A DNA stretch of 64,000 nt from Bdellovibrionales bacterium. Lineage in GTDB: Bacteria > Bdellovibrionota > Bdellovibrionia > Bdellovibrionales > JAMPXM01. Where the stretch lies: positions 1 through 64,000 of the forward strand of contig JAYUEN010000530.1 of NCBI GenBank assembly GCA_043739185.1, read 5' to 3'. Positions 61,700-64,000 of the stretch are shown here, piece after piece (positions within the stretch are counted from its first letter, which is position 1; each line of letters starts with the position of its first letter). The notes under the pieces are model-generated. The model had not been told where the DNA came from. It did no database searches and saw nothing but the letters and a program-made list of their open reading frames with translations. Made by a program: the position numbers and the translations under genes.

Positions 61700-63584
61700 T
61701 CAAGTTCTCCTGATTTCGACTTTTCGCCCTAGAATAGACCAAAACTGCCTGTACTGCCGAGGGATTGACTCCACTTATTCGTTGAAGTTGACCAAGGGTC
61801 TCGGGGCGCACGCGCTCTAGTTTTTCAACTTCTTCATGCGAAAGGCCGCGAATCTTTTCATATTTTATATCGGCGGAAATTGAAAATTGCTCAAGCTTTT
61901 TTGTTTGCTCCACAATTTCTCTCTGGCGCCCGATATAGCCAGAATATTTTATATCAATCTCTACAGGAGTAAAAATGTCTTCGCTCTCAACAAAATCCTC
62001 GTCTAGCTCAGAAAGGTCACTAAAATTAACTTCGGTTCGTCGAAGCAATTCTTCATAGGTCGTTGGCTTTAAAATTCGTTTAGTTCCAAGCTTTTCAAGG
62101 CGAGCAAGCGTGTCTAAATTTGGATATAAATATTTGCCACCCAGTTTTGTCTTAAGAGTATGCTGCCGAAAAAGTATTTGCTCACCACATTCTTTTCCCA
62201 TTGAGCCCAAAACGCCAAGCCCCTTTGAAATACTAAATAGTCGCTCTAGAGTATTATCTTCCCTTAGCAAAAGCCGATGTTCGGCGCGCGAAGTAAACAT
62301 CCGATAGGGCTCTTTTGTTCCCTTGGTAACGAGATCATCAATAAGAACTCCTATATATGCCTCGTCCCGCTCAAGGACAAACTTCTCTTCACCAGATATT
62401 TTTCTAGATGCATTTATGCCTGCAACCAGTCCTTGGGCCGCGGCCTCTTCGTAGCCGCTAGTTCCATTAATTTGGCCGGCCAAAAATAAGTTCTCTACAG
62501 CCTTGGTTTCAAGAGTCTTAAACAGCTGGGTCGGCTCTATAAAATCATATTCAACCGCGTAAGCATGTTTCAAAACCTTCACATTCTCGAGCCCAGGAAT
62601 GGTTTTCAAAAACTGATCTTGAATTTCTGCCGGCAAACTACTTGATATTCCTTGCAAATATATAGACTTCGTTGAGAGCCCTTCGGGCTCTAAAAATGTC
62701 TGGTGGCTGATTTTGTCCGCAAAGCGAACAACCTTGTCTTCTATGCTTGGGCAATAGCGCGGGCCTATACCCTCAATTGCTCCTGAATACATCGGTGACT
62801 TATCTAAGTTCTGGCGAATAATTTCGTGCGTTTTTTCGTTGGTATGACTGATATAGCATGCAATTTGGGGAAGCTGCAGCTCCCTGGCGCCAAAAAAACT
62901 AAATGGATAAAAAACTTCGTCACCATTTTCGGGAAGTGTTTTGCTCCAATCGATACTATCACCATCAAGTCGGGGCGGCGTACCGGTCTTTAAGCGATGT
63001 ACTTGCATACCCAAGGCTCTGAGTTGATCTGAAATTCCAATGGTTGCTTTATCTCCAAAGCGACCTCCCGACATTTGATCGAGGCCCATATGCATAATGC
63101 CTCTCATGAAGGTCCCTGTCGTAATAACGACCGCTTTCGAGGAAATTACTGCGCCATCTTCAAGGCGAACCCCTATGCATTTACGTTTCTCTATTAAAAC
63201 TTCTTTCACCTCAGACTCTAGGGTCTTAAGATTCTCTTCAGATCGAAAAACATTTTGCATATAAGCCGAATAAATATCCTTATCGCATTGTGCGCGCGAG
63301 CCCCTTACTGCAGGCCCTTTGCGAGCGTTCAGGCGTTTAAACTGAATGCAGCTCGCATCGGCTGCCTTTCCCATTTCGCCACCGAGAACATCAACCTCGC
63401 GAACCATATGGCCCTTGGCCAATCCGCCTATTGAAGGATTGCAGCTCATAAAGCCTATGCGACTTAAGTTTGTTGTTATAACCAAGGTTTTTTTGCCTAA
63501 TCGCGCGCAGCTCAGCGCTGCCTCAATGCCCGCATGGCCAGCTCCGACCACTATGATATCAAAACTCTTTTCAGATTTAGTCAT
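61635..63584 (-). CDS. mnmG: tRNA uridine-5-carboxymethylaminomethyl modification enzyme MnmG (GidA)
   Basis: [32 protein letters not shown] and [17 protein letters not shown] motifs. Confidence 0.98.
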   Translation of the reverse strand: MTKSEKSFDIIVVGAGHAGIEAALSCARLGKKTLVITTNLSRIGFMSCNPSIGGLAKGHMVREVDVLGGEMGKAADASCIQFKRLNARKGPAVRGSRAQCDKDIYSAYMQNVFRSEENLKTLESEVKEVLIEKRKCIGVRLEDGAVISSKAVVITTGTFMRGIMHMGLDQMSGGRFGDKATIGISDQLRALGMQVHRLKTGTPPRLDGDSIDWSKTLPENGDEVFYPFSFFGARELQLPQIACYISHTNEKTHEIIRQNLDKSPMYSGAIEGIGPRYCPSIEDKVVRFADKISHQTFLEPEGLSTKSIYLQGISSSLPAEIQDQFLKTIPGLENVKVLKHAYAVEYDFIEPTQLFKTLETKAVENLFLAGQINGTSGYEEAAAQGLVAGINASRKISGEEKFVLERDEAYIGVLIDDLVTKGTKEPYRMFTSRAEHRLLLREDNTLERLFSISKGLGVLGSMGKECGEQILFRQHTLKTKLGGKYLYPNLDTLARLEKLGTKRILKPTTYEELLRRTEVNFSDLSELDEDFVESEDIFTPVEIDIKYSGYIGRQREIVEQTKKLEQFSISADIKYEKIRGLSHEEVEKLERVRPETLGQLQRISGVNPSAVQAVLVYSRAKSRNQENLSELSQQKRSKREGEGNRPNQH

Positions 63585-63589
63585 TTTTC

Positions 63590-64000
63590 CTATTTTCCTA
63601 AACAGAACTCTTTAAAAATACGATCGATCACTTGCTCATCAAATGATTTTCCAAGCAAAGCATGTATCGAGCGAATTCCGAGCTGCAGCTCTTGTGCAAC
63701 AAACTCAGAGCTTTGATCTTCTTTTATAAGGTTAATAGCAGAATTCAAGCTTCCAAGAACTTTTGAAAGCAATTCAAAATGTCTCGCTTGAGAAACGGCA
63801 ACTTGAGTGTCAGAAGACTTCTCCGTCGCCTGCTTAGCCAACCACTTTTTTAATCCTTCTAGGCCCTGGCCAGTTTTAGCACTTAAATTAAATGCGGGAA
63901 TCCCATCAACGCTCTTCAGCTCCAAGGACTTCACGAGGTCACATTTGTTAAAACAAATCGCCCGCGTCTGCGCCATTGGGGCGGCGAACTGGTCCAAATT
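63590..64000 (-). CDS. mnmE: tRNA modification GTPase MnmE (3' part; truncated by the window edge)
   Basis: NKCD (G4), SAKTG (G5) and C-terminal IFKEFCLGK. Confidence 0.95.
   Translation of the reverse strand, partial: NLDQFAAPMAQTRAICFNKCDLVKSLELKSVDGIPAFNLSAKTGQGLEGLKKWLAKQATEKSSDTQVAVSQARHFELLSKVLGSLNSAINLIKEDQSSEFVAQELQLGIRSIHALLGKSFDEQVIDRIFKEFCLGK

Overview
A 64 kb core-chromosome window from a bacterium that looks like Bdellovibrionota. Supporting this are a Bd0055-type bacterial histone, a GYF-TPR membrane protein, split nuo and atp operons, and a parA-parB-bactofilin block. It appears to lie just left of the replication origin: the right end carries mnmE-mnmG-rsmG-parA-parB with two parS sites, and most genes read on the minus strand. 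Most content is housekeeping: tRNA-Ser, serS, murA, prmC, prfA, rpmE, rho, gatCAB, ligA, tatBC, hemW, grpE, a J-domain gene, lon, nuoA/H/J/K/L/M/N, mfd, a GH3 nagZ-like gene and atpF'FHAGDC. I found no integrase, transposase, phage module or CRISPR array. The most unusual signals are non-coding. (i) A sigma54-type promoter drives a small membrane or secreted protein whose 3' region folds into two hairpins with identical anti-Shine-Dalgarno loops (ACCCCCUCC), a candidate dual-function or 3'UTR sRNA. (ii) An intergenic palindrome, GTYTCA-N3-TGARAC, recurs and co-occurs with sigma28-like promoters. (iii) There is an ERIC-like 119-bp MITE. (iv) A lipoprotein gene is bracketed by two inverted parS sites. 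(v) A DnaA-box pair sits far from the presumed origin. (vi) Several genes appear to be leaderless. Notable proteins include a tandem Zn-free/Zn-finger DksA pair, a lipid- and TM-anchored LysM protein, a RacA-like HTH/coiled-coil protein, Pif1 and a Rho with a long disordered N-terminus. All calls come from reading the sequence by eye; no searches were run.
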